This document shows, in pieces, positions 24,085-35,851 of a stretch of 64,000 bases of DNA. Source of the DNA: an uncultured delta proteobacterium. GTDB lineage: Bacteria; Myxococcota_A; Polyangia; Fen-1088. The translations under genes and the position numbers were made by a program. Within the stretch, counting starts at the first letter, position 1; each line of letters begins with the position of its first letter. The notes below the pieces were generated by a model. That model made no database searches and was not told the origin of the DNA. It saw nothing but the letters and a program-made list of their open reading frames with translations. The stretch lies in the NCBI GenBank assembly GCA_963767925.1, contig CAVYGB010000010.1, forward strand, positions 128,001 through 192,000. The letters are read 5' to 3'.

Positions 24085-24248
24085 GGGTTCTGTTTAGGAT
24101 ACCCGGTGGCGGGAGGAAACGTTGATCGAACGGGGGGCTGTAATTAGCTGAAAAGGCGCGGGTTTCTCGCTGTGCGCTGCGGAAGAGCGGGCGTGTGCGG
24201 GGGCACGGGACGGGGACGGGGCGGGGAGAGTGGCTTGGAGAGGGAGGG

Positions 24249-25220
24249 TCAGTCGGGGAGGAGGGACCAGTCGATGGCGGCGGCCAGGAGGCGGATGCCG
24301 TCGTCGGAGAGGCGGGCGGCGGCGGTCTCTACGGCGAAGAAGCCGACTCGTTTGGCGGGGGCGAGGAGGGCGGTCATCTGGGCCCCTTTCGGGTAGGCGA
24401 AGATGGCGGCGCGGTCGGGCTCGCCGGCGACGTTGGCGATGCGGATGGCGGTGGCAGCGGGATTTCCCCAGGCCAGGTTCGACTCTGCCGTGACAACCGA
24501 CACGAGGCCGGTGAGACCGGCGGCCAGCGGGTGGGTGCTGTCGACGATCTCGATCTGCTCGGCGTCGCCGCCGCCGTAGTCGGTGTCTTCCTCGCCGCCG
24601 ACCATGGCCAGGTTGTCGAACAGGCTGTATTCGAGGCTGATCACCGGCACCGGGACGGTGCGGTACTTGTTGGCCACCATGCCCGACGCGACGGATCCGG
24701 CGATCACGATGAGGTGCGTGTTTACCAGATCGACCGCGCCGCTGTCGTCGCGCAGCCGAATGGAGTAGCCGAGCAGGTGGGTGGCCAGCAGGGTCCGCAC
24801 GGCGGTGTCGCCGGGGCCGAGCGCGCCGGTGTCACCGACGACGAGCTGGACCACCTTGGGCAAGGCCGCCTCGGGCGCGGTGTCCCCGACCTCGGGCGCG
24901 AGATCGGCCGGGGGCGCCAGGTCCGCGGCCGCATCGGGTGGCGCGGGCGCATCGGCCGGGTTGGCGTCGGCGGGGCGATCGACGAGGCGGTCGACCGGAG
25001 CGTCGATCGAGCCGCCAGCCCCGCCTCCTCCCGCATCGGGCGCCGGCCGGCCGGCGGTACCCACCGTACCTGCACCATCGTTACCGCCGTCGGGCCGGTC
25101 CACCCCCCGGGTGTCGCCACCCAGGGTCAGCGAACCATCGACGTCGACCCGATCGACCGGCTGCGGGGCGCAGGAGCACGCGACCAGCACGGCGACGGTG
25201 AGACCGCGTATCGTGGACAT
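24249..25220 (-). CDS. Hypothetical lipoprotein with Asp/Pro-rich linker and C-terminal alpha/beta domain
   Basis: RBS GAGG, signal ending LVAC, DAG/DAP/DLAP low-complexity linker. Confidence 0.75.
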   Translation of the reverse strand: MSTIRGLTVAVLVACSCAPQPVDRVDVDGSLTLGGDTRGVDRPDGGNDGAGTVGTAGRPAPDAGGGGAGGSIDAPVDRLVDRPADANPADAPAPPDAAADLAPPADLAPEVGDTAPEAALPKVVQLVVGDTGALGPGDTAVRTLLATHLLGYSIRLRDDSGAVDLVNTHLIVIAGSVASGMVANKYRTVPVPVISLEYSLFDNLAMVGGEEDTDYGGGDAEQIEIVDSTHPLAAGLTGLVSVVTAESNLAWGNPAATAIRIANVAGEPDRAAIFAYPKGAQMTALLAPAKRVGFFAVETAAARLSDDGIRLLAAAIDWSLLPD

Positions 25221-25574
25221 GAGGGACCTCGTGGACTGCCCGGGAGCGGCGACAGGTATGCCTTGAAGCTACATCCAGTCGGCGCTGACCGGATCAAGAA
25301 ATCGTTTGCAAGCGGTGCTGACGCGAATCGGAATGCCAGATGTTCACAGATCGGCATGCTGAACCGTCCTTCGCGACAGAAGTGGCCCGGACAGGTCGCT
25401 TTGGCTGACTGGAAGGAACGTTTTTCCACAATTAACGAGATGGCCTCCGGCCGGAATAGCGGGCGACCCCGGCCGAGCACGGGACTTGCGTCGGGCCAGA
25501 CCGGTGACCCGATCGGACAACACAGGGAATAAACCGCTCGGTCGGCCATTTATCTCGACGCAGGAGGTGATGCC

Positions 25575-26287
<713 letters not shown>

Positions 26288-26291
<4 letters not shown>

Positions 26292-27514
26292 GGGCGGCGG
26301 GGCTGGCGCTGCTGGCGCTCCTGCTGGCCGGCTGCGGCCGCGCGCCCCCCGGGGAGCTGGCGGCGCCGGCCGGCCCGGCCCCGGACGCGCTGCGGGTGGT
26401 GCGGGGCACCCTCGAGGACCGCTTCCTGCTGACCGGGGAGCTCGAGGCGGTGACCTCGCAGAACCTCACCGTCCCCCAGACCCCCGCCTGGTCGGTCTCG
26501 ATCCGCTGGCTGGCGCCCGACGGCGCCCAGGTCGAGAAGGGGGACAGGGTCGTGGAGTTCGACGCCTCCAGCTTCACCTCGGCTCTCGACGACAAGCGGC
26601 TGGCGGTGGTGCGGGCGGAGGGCGAGCTGACCAGCGAAGCGGCCCGGGTGAAGGCGGCGGTCGCCGACAAGGAGATGGAGGTCTCCCGGCGGCGAGCCGA
26701 TCTCGACAAGGCCGAGGTCGAGGTGAACGTCCCGCCCGATCTCTACTCCCGGCGCCTGTTTCAGGAGAAGCAGCTCGCCGTCGACCGGCAGCGGGACGCG
26801 CTCGCCAAGGCCGAGGAGGACCTGGCCGCCCACCGCCGGGCCGGAACGCTCGAGCGCAAGGTCAAGTCCCTCACCGTGACCCGGGCCGAGCGGGAGCTGA
26901 CCGAGCTGCGCCAGCGGCTCGAGGACCTGGTGCTGCGCGCCCCCCGCGCCGGCCTGGTGCAGATCGGGCTCAACCCGCGGGAGGGGCGCAAGTTCCTGGT
27001 GGGCGACCAGTCCCACCCAGGCTGGCCAGTGGCGTCGATGCCCGATCTGTCGGCCATGCAGGTGCGAGCGCGCCTGCACGACGTCGACGACGGGACCATC
27101 CGGGAAGGGATGCCGGCCGAATGCGTGCTCGACGCCTACCCCGGGCGGATCTGGAAGGGGACGCTGCGGATCGTGAGCCCCATCGCCCGGACCGACGGGA
27201 CCCGGGACGGCACCCGGCGCTTCTTCGACGTGCTGGTGGCGCTCGAGCGGACCGACGCGGCCGTCATGCGGCCGGGCATGTCGGTGCGGATCGAGGTGAT
27301 GCGCCGCCGGGCCCGGGACGTCCTGCTGGTACCCCGGGTCGCCCTGCGGGCCAGCGGCGGCAAGACCCACGTCCGCCTGGGCGCGGGCGGCCAGGGGGAC
27401 GTCCAGGCCGTCGAGATCGACTGGTGCACGGCCACCACCTGCGTGGTCCGGACCGGCGTCCGCGAAGGGATGACCCTCCAGCCCGGCGTCCCCGCCGCGA
27501 AGGAGCGCTCGTGA
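26288..27514 (+). CDS. Periplasmic adaptor (HlyD/MacA family) 1, lipoprotein
   Basis: Lipobox [32 protein letters not shown]. Confidence 0.88.
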
Positions 27515-28764
27515 GGCGCGGGCGGGGCCTGGCGCGGCTCGGGGTGGGCGTGCTTTTCCTCCTGGCCCTGGCCTGCGCGCGGGGCAACCTCGATCGGCAG
27601 CGGTCGGCGCCGGCGGTGCGCCAGGACCTGGTCCAGGACGTCGAGGTGACCGGGACCCTGAAGTCTCTCGAGTCCGAGGCGGTCGGACCACCGCCCACGG
27701 TGACCGAGCTCTGGGAGTTCAAGATCGTCCGCATGGCGCCCGAAGGCGCCCGGGTCAAGACCGGCGACGAGGTGATCGCCTTCGAGACGTCGGAGCTGGA
27801 GCGCAAGCTGCACGACTACGAGAACGAGGTCGCCTCGGTGACCGAGCAGCTCGGCAAGAGCCGCTCGGAGGGCGCCCTGGCCGGGGCCAACGACCAGCTC
27901 GAGCTGGCCGACGCGGAGGCCAAGCGGCGCAAGGCCGAGCTCAAGGCCGACAAGCCGGCCGACCTGACCGCCGAGCTGTCGGTCAAGGTGTCGGCCATCG
28001 AGCGGGAGATGGCCCGCCGCGAGGTCGAGTTCCGGCGCGCCCGCGACGCCGCCCGGCGGACGCAGGAGCGCTCGGATCAGGCGGTGCTGGCCAGCTTGCT
28101 CGAGCGGGCCCGGGGCCGGGTGGCGAGCATCCGCCGCTTCATCGCGGACATGTCGGTCAAGTCCGCCCGGGACGGGACGGTGGTCTACAAGCAGAACTGG
28201 CGGGGCGAGAAGATGAAGCCGGGGGACGGCACCTGGCGGGGCGAGACCGTGCTGGAGATCGCCTCGCTCGACAAGATGGCGGCCCAGGGGCTCGTCGACG
28301 AGGTCGACGCCAGCAAGGTCAGCGTGGGCCAGCGGGTCGGGCTGCGCCTGGAGTCCCACCCCGACCAGGAATATGCCGGCTTCGTCGAGCGGGTGGCCCC
28401 CCTGGTGCGGACCGAGTCGCACGAGTCGCGGGTCAAGGTGGTGGAGCTGGAGCTGCGCCTCGCCAGCACCGACGCCGTCCTCATGCGGCCGGGGATGCGC
28501 TTTCGCGGGCGCATCGAGATCGCCCGCATCCCCGGCGTCTTGCAGGTCCCGCTGCAGGCGGTGGTCAGCAGCGCGGGCGGGCCCACCGTGCGCAAGGTCG
28601 ACGGCCGCTCGGCCCGGCCGGTGCGGGTCACCCTGGGCCGGCGCAGCCGGGAGATGGTGGAGATCAAGGGCGGGCTGCAGGCCGGCGACAAGGTCCTGCT
28701 GCGCAGCCCCCCGGGGGACAACCTCGGCAAGGACGGCAGCGGCATGCGCCTGGGGGCGTCGTGA
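27511..28764 (+). CDS. Periplasmic adaptor 2, lipoprotein
   Basis: GTGA overlap, lipobox [24 protein letters not shown]. Confidence 0.88.
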   Translation: MRRGRGLARLGVGVLFLLALACARGNLDRQRSAPAVRQDLVQDVEVTGTLKSLESEAVGPPPTVTELWEFKIVRMAPEGARVKTGDEVIAFETSELERKLHDYENEVASVTEQLGKSRSEGALAGANDQLELADAEAKRRKAELKADKPADLTAELSVKVSAIEREMARREVEFRRARDAARRTQERSDQAVLASLLERARGRVASIRRFIADMSVKSARDGTVVYKQNWRGEKMKPGDGTWRGETVLEIASLDKMAAQGLVDEVDASKVSVGQRVGLRLESHPDQEYAGFVERVAPLVRTESHESRVKVVELELRLASTDAVLMRPGMRFRGRIEIARIPGVLQVPLQAVVSSAGGPTVRKVDGRSARPVRVTLGRRSREMVEIKGGLQAGDKVLLRSPPGDNLGKDGSGMRLGAS

Positions 28765-30011
28765 GGCCACCGCGACCGCTGCTGGCGGCGGCCCTGACCA
28801 CCCTCCTGCTGGCGGGGGCCTGCGGCCGCGACCGGGAGGCGGAGGTGCCGGTGGTGACGGTGCGCAAGCAGACCTTCTCCCGGGTCGTCGAGGCCGACGG
28901 CTATCTGCGCCCGGTGAAGGCGACGCCGCTCTCGGTCCCCTCGGACGCCGACATCCCCCTGCGCATCACCTGGCTGGCCCGCGACGGGGCCGCCGTGAAG
29001 AAGGGCGAGGTGGTGGCCCGCTTCGACGACCTCGAGCTGCGCGCCCGGCTGGCCGACGGACAGTCCGACAAGCAGGTAGCCGCCGCCAAGCAGACGCGCG
29101 AGGCGGTGCTGCTCGACACGGCGACCCGGGACCGCCGGCGCACCACCGAGGCCGCCGGCCGCGAGCTGTCGGTGACCCGATCGTTCCAGCCCCGCGACAG
29201 CAGCATCTTCTCGCGCGACCAGATCGTGGAGAGCGCGATCGACGAGGAGCTGCAGAACGCCAAGGTCGATCACGCCCGGGCCAGCGAGACCATCGACCGG
29301 CGGCTGGGCGGCAACAAGCTGGCCCTCATCGGGGTGGAGGCCCGCAAGGCCGAGGAGGCCATCCGGCGGGCCAACCAGGGGCTCACCGGCCTGGAGGTGA
29401 GGGTCCCCGAGGACGGCGTGTTCAGCCTCAAGCGGGGCTGGATGGGGGCCACCTTGCAGGTGGGGGACACGGTCTGGCAGGGCATGAGCATCGGCGAGCT
29501 GTCCCGCATGGAGGAGCTCGAGGCGGAGGTGTTCGTGCTGGAGGTGGAGGCGGCCGGGCTGGCCGGCGGCCGGCGGGCCGAGGTCGTGGTCGAGGCCCAG
29601 GCCGGGCGGGTGTTTCCCGGGAAGATCAAGCAGGTCGAGACGGTGGCCAAGCGGCGCCAGCAGAAGTCGCCCACCCAGTACTTCGGGGTCGTGTTGACCC
29701 TCGCGCGGAGCGATCCGGCCCTCATGAAGCCCGGGCAGACGGTGCGGGCCCGCCTGTTCCTGCACGAGCAGCAGGCGCTCGTGTTGCCCCGCCCCGCGCT
29801 GCACGATCGGGACGGCCGCTGGATCGTCTACCGGCGCGAGGCGGGCGGGACCTTCGCCCCGGTGCCGGTCAAGATCGGCCCCTCCACCGCCGGCGTCTGC
29901 ACCATCGAATCCGGCCTGAAAGAGAACGACGTGGTGGCCCTGCGCGATCCCGGGCGAGCCCCCGGCGACCTGCTGGCCAGCCCCGGCACCCGCTCCCGCC
30001 CCGCCCGCTGA
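28761..30011 (+). CDS. Periplasmic adaptor 3, lipoprotein
   Basis: GTGA overlap, lipobox AGAC, DGAAVKKGEVVARFD, MKPGQ. Confidence 0.88.
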   Translation: MRPPRPLLAAALTTLLLAGACGRDREAEVPVVTVRKQTFSRVVEADGYLRPVKATPLSVPSDADIPLRITWLARDGAAVKKGEVVARFDDLELRARLADGQSDKQVAAAKQTREAVLLDTATRDRRRTTEAAGRELSVTRSFQPRDSSIFSRDQIVESAIDEELQNAKVDHARASETIDRRLGGNKLALIGVEARKAEEAIRRANQGLTGLEVRVPEDGVFSLKRGWMGATLQVGDTVWQGMSIGELSRMEELEAEVFVLEVEAAGLAGGRRAEVVVEAQAGRVFPGKIKQVETVAKRRQQKSPTQYFGVVLTLARSDPALMKPGQTVRARLFLHEQQALVLPRPALHDRDGRWIVYRREAGGTFAPVPVKIGPSTAGVCTIESGLKENDVVALRDPGRAPGDLLASPGTRSRPAR

Positions 30012-30017
30012 ACCCCC

Positions 30018-31241
30018 ATGAAAGCCCTCGACGCCCTCCTGTTCGCCCTCGAGAACCTCTCCTCGCGCCGCCTGCGCACGGGGCTGTCCACCCTGGGGAT
30101 GATGTTCGGGGTGGCGGCTGTCATCGCCATGCTCTCCATCGGCGCCGGCGCCGAGCGGCGGGCGCTCGAGATGATCGAGCGGCTCGGCATCCAGAACGTG
30201 CTCGTCAAGTCCAAGGAGGTGCCCCCCTCGGAGCGGGCCGAGGCGCGCAAGAAGTCCATGGGCCTCGCCCGCCGCGACGCCGCCGCCATCGCCGAGGCGG
30301 TGCCCCACGTGGCCCTGGTAGCGCCCCGGGCCAAGGTGGAGGCCTACAAGATCATCTCCGACGGAGAGAAGGCCCAGGCCCGCATCTGGGGCGTCACCCA
30401 CCGCCACTCCGAGGCCGCCCGCCTCGACCTGCTCGAGGGGCGGTTCTTCGACGAGGACGACGACCGCACCCACGCCCAGGTCTGTGTCATCGGGGCGGGC
30501 GTGCGGCGCGATCTGTTCGCGGCCGGCGAGGCGGTCGGCCGCTTCGTCAAGGTCAACGACCTGTGGCTGCGGGTGATCGGGGTGCTGGCCCCCGACGCCT
30601 TCGGGGCGCGCGGGGGCGGCGCCGAGGGAGACGGCGACATCTACCTGCCGCTCGCCACCTTGACCCGCAAGCTCGAGCGCGACCCGCTCGACCCGCCCCT
30701 CGACGAGATCGTCGTGCGGCTCGACCGCAACGCCGTCCCCCACGAGAGCGGGGCCGTCATCGCCGGGCTGCTGAGCCAGCTCCACGGCGGGGTGGACGAC
30801 TACGAGATCGTCGTGCCCGAGGCGCTGCTGGCCCAGAGCCGGGAGACGCAGCGGATCTTCAGCATCGTCATGGGCTGCATCGCCGGCATCTCGCTCCTGG
30901 TGGGCGGCATCGGGATCATGAACATCATGCTGGCCTCGGTCTTCGAGCAGACGCGCGAGATCGGGGTCCGGCGCGCGGTGGGGGCCCTCCGCCGCGACAT
31001 CCGCTTCCAGTTCCTCGTCGAGTCGTTCCTGGTGGCGGGGCTGGGCGGCGCCTGCGGGGTCGGACTGGGGCTGGGCATATCCTACGTGGTGGCCACCTAC
31101 GCCGGCTGGCCCACCGTGGTGACGCCGCTGGCGATCCTCCTCTCGACCGGCGTCTCGGGCGCGGTGGGCCTGTTCTCCGGTCTCTACCCCGCCATCCGGG
31201 CCAGCCGGCTCGACCCCATCGAGGCACTCGCGCACCAATGA
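30018..31241 (+). CDS. ABC transporter permease (MacB/FtsX family)
   Basis: RTGLSTLGMMFGVAAVIAM, ISLLVGGIGIMNIM, EIGVRRAVGA, YPAIRASRLDPIEAL. Confidence 0.95.
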   Translation: MKALDALLFALENLSSRRLRTGLSTLGMMFGVAAVIAMLSIGAGAERRALEMIERLGIQNVLVKSKEVPPSERAEARKKSMGLARRDAAAIAEAVPHVALVAPRAKVEAYKIISDGEKAQARIWGVTHRHSEAARLDLLEGRFFDEDDDRTHAQVCVIGAGVRRDLFAAGEAVGRFVKVNDLWLRVIGVLAPDAFGARGGGAEGDGDIYLPLATLTRKLERDPLDPPLDEIVVRLDRNAVPHESGAVIAGLLSQLHGGVDDYEIVVPEALLAQSRETQRIFSIVMGCIAGISLLVGGIGIMNIMLASVFEQTREIGVRRAVGALRRDIRFQFLVESFLVAGLGGACGVGLGLGISYVVATYAGWPTVVTPLAILLSTGVSGAVGLFSGLYPAIRASRLDPIEALAHQ

Positions 31242-32833
31242 AGACGACCCGTCCCGCCCCCCTCCTCGCGCTGCTGGCCCTGGCCACCGCCCCGCTCGCC
31301 CCGCTGCAGGCCCAGCCTCCCGCCGCCGCGACCCCCGCCCCTTACGTCGCGCCGGAGTACATCCGCAAGCCCCCCACCCTGCCCCCCCACCTGGCGGATC
31401 AGAAGGCGCGGCAGCTCACCCTCTCCGAGGCGATCGAGACCTCCCTGCGGCGCAACCTCGCCCTGGCCCTGGTGCGCGAGCAGGTGCGGGCGGTCGACAC
31501 CGGGCCCGCCCTCGCCGGATCGGCCTTCGAGCCGGTGCTCTCCGGCTCGGTGGGCCGGGGGACCTCCCGCTCACCCCCCAGCACCCTCCAGGAGGGGGAG
31601 GCCGGCCGCGTGTTCGAGAGCACGCGCGACGAGTGGTCCCTCTCGCTCGCCCAGCGGCTGCCCACCGGCACCGAGCTGCGCCTCGGCTTCCTCGACAGCC
31701 GCTTCGAGAGCGCGCTCGGCACCGCGGTGGCCCCCGAGGTCTTCCGCTCGAGCCTCTCGCTCGATCTGGTGCAGCCGCTGCTGCGCGACTTCTCCTTCTC
31801 CGGGCGGATCCAGCAGGCGCCGGTCCTGCGCGCCGAGTTCAGCAGCGCGACCGCCCGCGAGGATGCCCGCCTGCGAGCCATGTTGACCGTGAAGGCCACC
31901 GAGGACGCCTACTGGGGCCTGGTCGAGAGCTGGAAGGCCTACGAGGTCAACCTCGGCGCGCACCGCCTGGCCGAGGACCAGCTCGCCCTGACCCGACGGC
32001 AGATCGCGGCCGGCGTGTTGCCCGACTCCGATCTGATCGGCGTCGAGGGGACCCTGGCCCAGCGCCAGGTGGCGCTGGTGCGGGGAGAGGCCCAGATCGA
32101 GCGGGCCGCCGACACCCTGCGCGTGCTGCTGAACCTGCCCCCGGCCGACTGGGCGGCGCCGCTGCTGCCGACCGACGCCCCGGGCTTCGCCCACGTGGAG
32201 GTGGCGTTCGACAAGGCGCTGGAGCGGGCCGTCGCCCTGCGCCCCGAGCTGGGGAGCGTGGCGATAAACCTGGAGCAGATCGCCCTCGACCTGGAGGTGG
32301 CCCGCAACAGCCGGCTGCCCCGGCTGGACCTGCGGGCGGGGATCGGCTCGCTGGGCCAGGACGAACGTCACGACCGCACCCTCGAGCAGGTGCGCCGTGC
32401 CACCGGGCAGCAATGGAACCTGGGGTTGGCCTTCGCCTGGGCGCCCTTGCAGGGCGCGGGCCGGGCCGAGGTGGCCCGGCTGGGCTCGGCGATGCGCGGA
32501 AACGCCCTCGAGCGCGAGCAGATCCTGCTGACCGTGCGCTCCGAGATCCGGGAGGCCCTGCGGGCCATCGCCACCGCCGAGCGGCAGATCCACGCCTCGG
32601 CCAAGTTCCGCGACCTGGCCGAGCGGAGCCTCGACGTCGAACAGCGCCGCTTCATCAACGGCCTGTCGAGCAACTTCATCGTGGCCCAGCGCCAGGCCGA
32701 GCTGGCCGAGGCCCGCCTGGCCGAGCTGGAGGCGCTGATCCAGCACGAGCGGGCCAGCTCCGGGCTGCAGCTCGCCACCGGCGAGCTGCTCGAGGCCCGG
32801 AACCTCCGGTTCGACCTGCGCCCCGGGGGCTGA
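31238..32833 (+). CDS. TolC-family outer membrane efflux protein
   Basis: Signal peptide, LTLSEAIETSLRRN, LVQPLLR, RLPRLDL, terminal LATGELL. Confidence 0.9.
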   Translation: MKTTRPAPLLALLALATAPLAPLQAQPPAAATPAPYVAPEYIRKPPTLPPHLADQKARQLTLSEAIETSLRRNLALALVREQVRAVDTGPALAGSAFEPVLSGSVGRGTSRSPPSTLQEGEAGRVFESTRDEWSLSLAQRLPTGTELRLGFLDSRFESALGTAVAPEVFRSSLSLDLVQPLLRDFSFSGRIQQAPVLRAEFSSATAREDARLRAMLTVKATEDAYWGLVESWKAYEVNLGAHRLAEDQLALTRRQIAAGVLPDSDLIGVEGTLAQRQVALVRGEAQIERAADTLRVLLNLPPADWAAPLLPTDAPGFAHVEVAFDKALERAVALRPELGSVAINLEQIALDLEVARNSRLPRLDLRAGIGSLGQDERHDRTLEQVRRATGQQWNLGLAFAWAPLQGAGRAEVARLGSAMRGNALEREQILLTVRSEIREALRAIATAERQIHASAKFRDLAERSLDVEQRRFINGLSSNFIVAQRQAELAEARLAELEALIQHERASSGLQLATGELLEARNLRFDLRPGG

Positions 32834-32946
32834 TCGCGCCGCGCTGGCACGCCGCCGCGCGGCCCGCCGGACAGGCCTCAGGATCGGAGCCCTTTCCTCT
32901 CCCTTTCCCCTACCTCTCCGTCGGTCCTCGTGCACAATGCTCGACT

Positions 32947-34353
32947 GTGCTTCCGAAGACCGACGCCCCGGGGCCAGCCGCGCCCAGGTGGCCCCCCCAG
33001 ATTCGCTACATCATCGGCAACGAAGCCTGCGAGCGTTTCAGCTTCTACGGCATGCGGAACATCCTGGTGGTGTTCCTGGCGGGCTACCTGCTCACCGACC
33101 TGCCGGCCGACGCGCGCGACACGCGGGCCCGCCAGATCTTCCACCTCTTCGTCTTCCTGGTCTATTTCTCCCCCCTGCTCGGGGGCTGGCTGGCCGACCG
33201 CTTCTGGGGCAAATACCGCACCATCCTCTGGCTGTCGCTGGTGTATTGCCTGGGGCACGCCTGCCTGGCGATCTTCGACGACAGCAAGGCCGGCTTTTAC
33301 ACCGGCCTGCTGCTGATCGCCCTCGGCGCCGGGGGCATCAAGCCCACCATCTCGGCCTTCGTGGGCGATCAGTTCACGGGCGCCCAGAAGGCCCAGGTGA
33401 CGACCGTGTACGGGGCCTTCTACTGGTCGATCAACCTCGGCTCGCTGACCGCGTCGCTCCTGATCCCCAAGCTGCTGCGGCACTTCGGACCGGCGGTCGC
33501 CTTCGGCCTGCCCGGCGTGTTGATGCTGGCCTCGACGGTGATCTTCTGGCTGGGCCGCCGCCACTACCACATCGCCCCGCCCACCGGCCCCAACCCCGAC
33601 AGCCTGGGCAACGTGCTCATGACGGCGCTGCGCAACCGCAAGCGCTCGCGGGCGGCCGGGCGCAGCCTCCTCGACGGCGCCCTCGAGGTCCACCCCCGGG
33701 TGGCGGTCGAGGGGGCCCGGGCCATGTTGCGGATCGTCCGCATCTTCGCCTTCATCCCCTTCTTCTGGGCGCTGTTCGACCAGAAGGCCTCGACCTGGGT
33801 GCTGCAGGCCCGGCGCATGGATCGGGAGATCGGGCCCTTCACCTTCGAACCGGCCCAGCTCCAGTTCATCAACCCGGCCCTCATCATGATCCTCATCCCG
33901 ATCATGACCGGGTTCGTCTACCCGCTGGTGGCCCGGGTCGGCATCCGCCCCACCCCTTTGCGGCGGATGACGCTGGGCATGTTCATGGCGGGGTTGGCCT
34001 TCGTGCTGACCGCCATGATCGAGCAGCGGCTCGACCAGGGGCAACAGCTCTCGGTGCTCTGGCAGCTCGGGCCCTACGTGGCCCTCACGGTGGCGGAGAT
34101 CCTCGTCTCCATCACCGGGCTGGAGTTCGCTTACACCCAGGCCCCTCCGGCGATGAAGGGGACCATCATGAGCCTGTGGCTCGTCACCACGGCGGTCGGC
34201 AACCTCGTCGTGGCGCTGCTGGCGGCGAAGCTGAACTTCTTCTCCGGCGCGGGCGCCTTCCTGTTTTACGCCGTGCTGGTCTCGCTGGCCGGTGTGGGCC
34301 TGGCCCTGGTGGCCCGGCGCCACGTCACCACCGAGTTCTTCCGCGAGAGCTGA
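32947..34353 (+). CDS. POT/PTR proton-dependent oligopeptide transporter
   Basis: NEACERFSFYGMR, GGWLADRFWG, FYWSINLGS, GLEFAYTQAP. Confidence 0.95.
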   Translation: MLPKTDAPGPAAPRWPPQIRYIIGNEACERFSFYGMRNILVVFLAGYLLTDLPADARDTRARQIFHLFVFLVYFSPLLGGWLADRFWGKYRTILWLSLVYCLGHACLAIFDDSKAGFYTGLLLIALGAGGIKPTISAFVGDQFTGAQKAQVTTVYGAFYWSINLGSLTASLLIPKLLRHFGPAVAFGLPGVLMLASTVIFWLGRRHYHIAPPTGPNPDSLGNVLMTALRNRKRSRAAGRSLLDGALEVHPRVAVEGARAMLRIVRIFAFIPFFWALFDQKASTWVLQARRMDREIGPFTFEPAQLQFINPALIMILIPIMTGFVYPLVARVGIRPTPLRRMTLGMFMAGLAFVLTAMIEQRLDQGQQLSVLWQLGPYVALTVAEILVSITGLEFAYTQAPPAMKGTIMSLWLVTTAVGNLVVALLAAKLNFFSGAGAFLFYAVLVSLAGVGLALVARRHVTTEFFRES

Positions 34354-34396
34354 GGCGGGGGCCGCGGCCGAACCTCATGCACTGGCTCTCGGGGCG

Positions 34397-35794
34397 CTAG
34401 TGCACCGCCGGCGCCTCCACCACCCGGTTCCGCACCATGTTCAGGTGCTCGCGCAGGACGTAGAGCTGGTCGGCGTACGAGGGTGGCGTCCGGATCTCGT
34501 TGACCCCCTCCTCGATCTCGTCGAGGCGCTTTCCGAGCTGGGCCCGCTGCTCGGGGCCCGGCTTGGTCAGCAGCTCGCGCTCGATGGCCATCAGGCCGCC
34601 ATAGACCCGGTAGATGCGCGATCGTACGCGCCAGCGGTACAGGGCGGGCGCCGCCCGGCTCAACGGGACGATGAGCACCAGCAGCGGCACCACCACCACC
34701 AGCATGCGATCGAGCAAGCTGGCCAGCCAGAAGGGTAGCCGCTTGTACATGAACTGCTTGCCGGACTTGTAGTACCGCTCGGCGTCCGCGCTGATCGGAA
34801 AGTCGCGCTCGAGGGGCATCGGGTACTGGCCGGCGTCGCGGAACAGGCCGGCCCGGCCATGGACCTCGCGGGCCGCGCCGATCAGCAGGTCGGAGAGGGC
34901 CGGGTGCAGGTCCTTGCGCGCCACCAACTCGACGGTGGGACCGACCAGCTCGTAGGGCCGGGGCGGGTGGTTGCGGCCCAGATCCATCGCCCCTTCGGGC
35001 AGCTCGAGCCGCGAGAGGAAGGGGAACCGGCGCACGTACCCGGCGGCCTGGCGAAAGTTCATCAGCGCGATCCCCGGGGTGTCGCGCAGCCGGCGCATCA
35101 TGCGAGGTGTGGCCGAGTCGCCCATCAGGAAGGCGGCGTCGATCTCGCCCGCCACCAGGGCGTTGGCCGCGTCCTCCCCGCCCAGCTCGAGCAGGGCCGG
35201 CGACTGGATGTCGATCTCGTTGGCCGCGAGCAGCTTCTGGGCCAGGGCCCGCGTGCCGCTGCCCCGGGGACCGATGGCCAGCCGCTTGCCCTTGAGCTGC
35301 GAGAGGCGCTCGATCGGCTCGGGGCTGCGGTAATAGACCATGAGGGGCTGGGCGAACAGGCTGCCCAGCGAGACGAGCTGCGAGATGTCCACGCCGTCGA
35401 TCATTCCCGCCTGGACGAACCCCACGTCGGCCCCGTCGGCGGGGTTGGCCAGCCGCTGCAGGTTGTCCAGGCCGCCTCGCGAGGGGAGCACCTCGACCTT
35501 GACCCCGAAGTTCTCGATGATCTTCTGGTAGCGATCGGCGTTCGTCCGGTAGCTGCTGCCCTCGGGTCCGCCCAGCAGGTGGATGGTGTCGGGCGGGGCG
35601 GGCCGCACCAGCGTCACCGCGGCCCACCCGGCCGCCAGCACGAGGATGAACACCGGCATCACCACGACGACGAGATCGCGCCAGGAGACCGACATCAACC
35701 GACCGGGCAGGCGCAGGCGGCGCAAGCGGCGCCGGCGCTCCTTGCCGGATGAAGGTGGAGGGATCACAGGCCCCGCGTTCGGCAGATCGGCCAT
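34397..35794 (-). CDS. TAXI-family solute-binding protein, membrane anchored
   Basis: N-terminal TM, GPEGSSY, SRGGLDNL, LKGKRLAIGPRGSGT, C-terminal LPFWLASLLDR plus TM. Confidence 0.88.
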   Translation of the reverse strand: MADLPNAGPVIPPPSSGKERRRRLRRLRLPGRLMSVSWRDLVVVVMPVFILVLAAGWAAVTLVRPAPPDTIHLLGGPEGSSYRTNADRYQKIIENFGVKVEVLPSRGGLDNLQRLANPADGADVGFVQAGMIDGVDISQLVSLGSLFAQPLMVYYRSPEPIERLSQLKGKRLAIGPRGSGTRALAQKLLAANEIDIQSPALLELGGEDAANALVAGEIDAAFLMGDSATPRMMRRLRDTPGIALMNFRQAAGYVRRFPFLSRLELPEGAMDLGRNHPPRPYELVGPTVELVARKDLHPALSDLLIGAAREVHGRAGLFRDAGQYPMPLERDFPISADAERYYKSGKQFMYKRLPFWLASLLDRMLVVVVPLLVLIVPLSRAAPALYRWRVRSRIYRVYGGLMAIERELLTKPGPEQRAQLGKRLDEIEEGVNEIRTPPSYADQLYVLREHLNMVRNRVVEAPAVH

Positions 35795-35851
35795 GGCGCT
35801 TGAAGGTATAGTGGGTGAGCCGTGCTGCCACGACATGTGACGGTGTCCACG

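Noticed and set aside
25422..25430. DnaA-box-like TTTTCCACA
   Set aside because: Single copy with no origin-associated genes or box cluster.
28373..32833. 1486-aa ORF, and similar N-terminal extensions at 18138, 31633, 37417 and 52886
   Set aside because: Stop-poor alternative frames in high-GC DNA; the real genes start at downstream coupled start codons.
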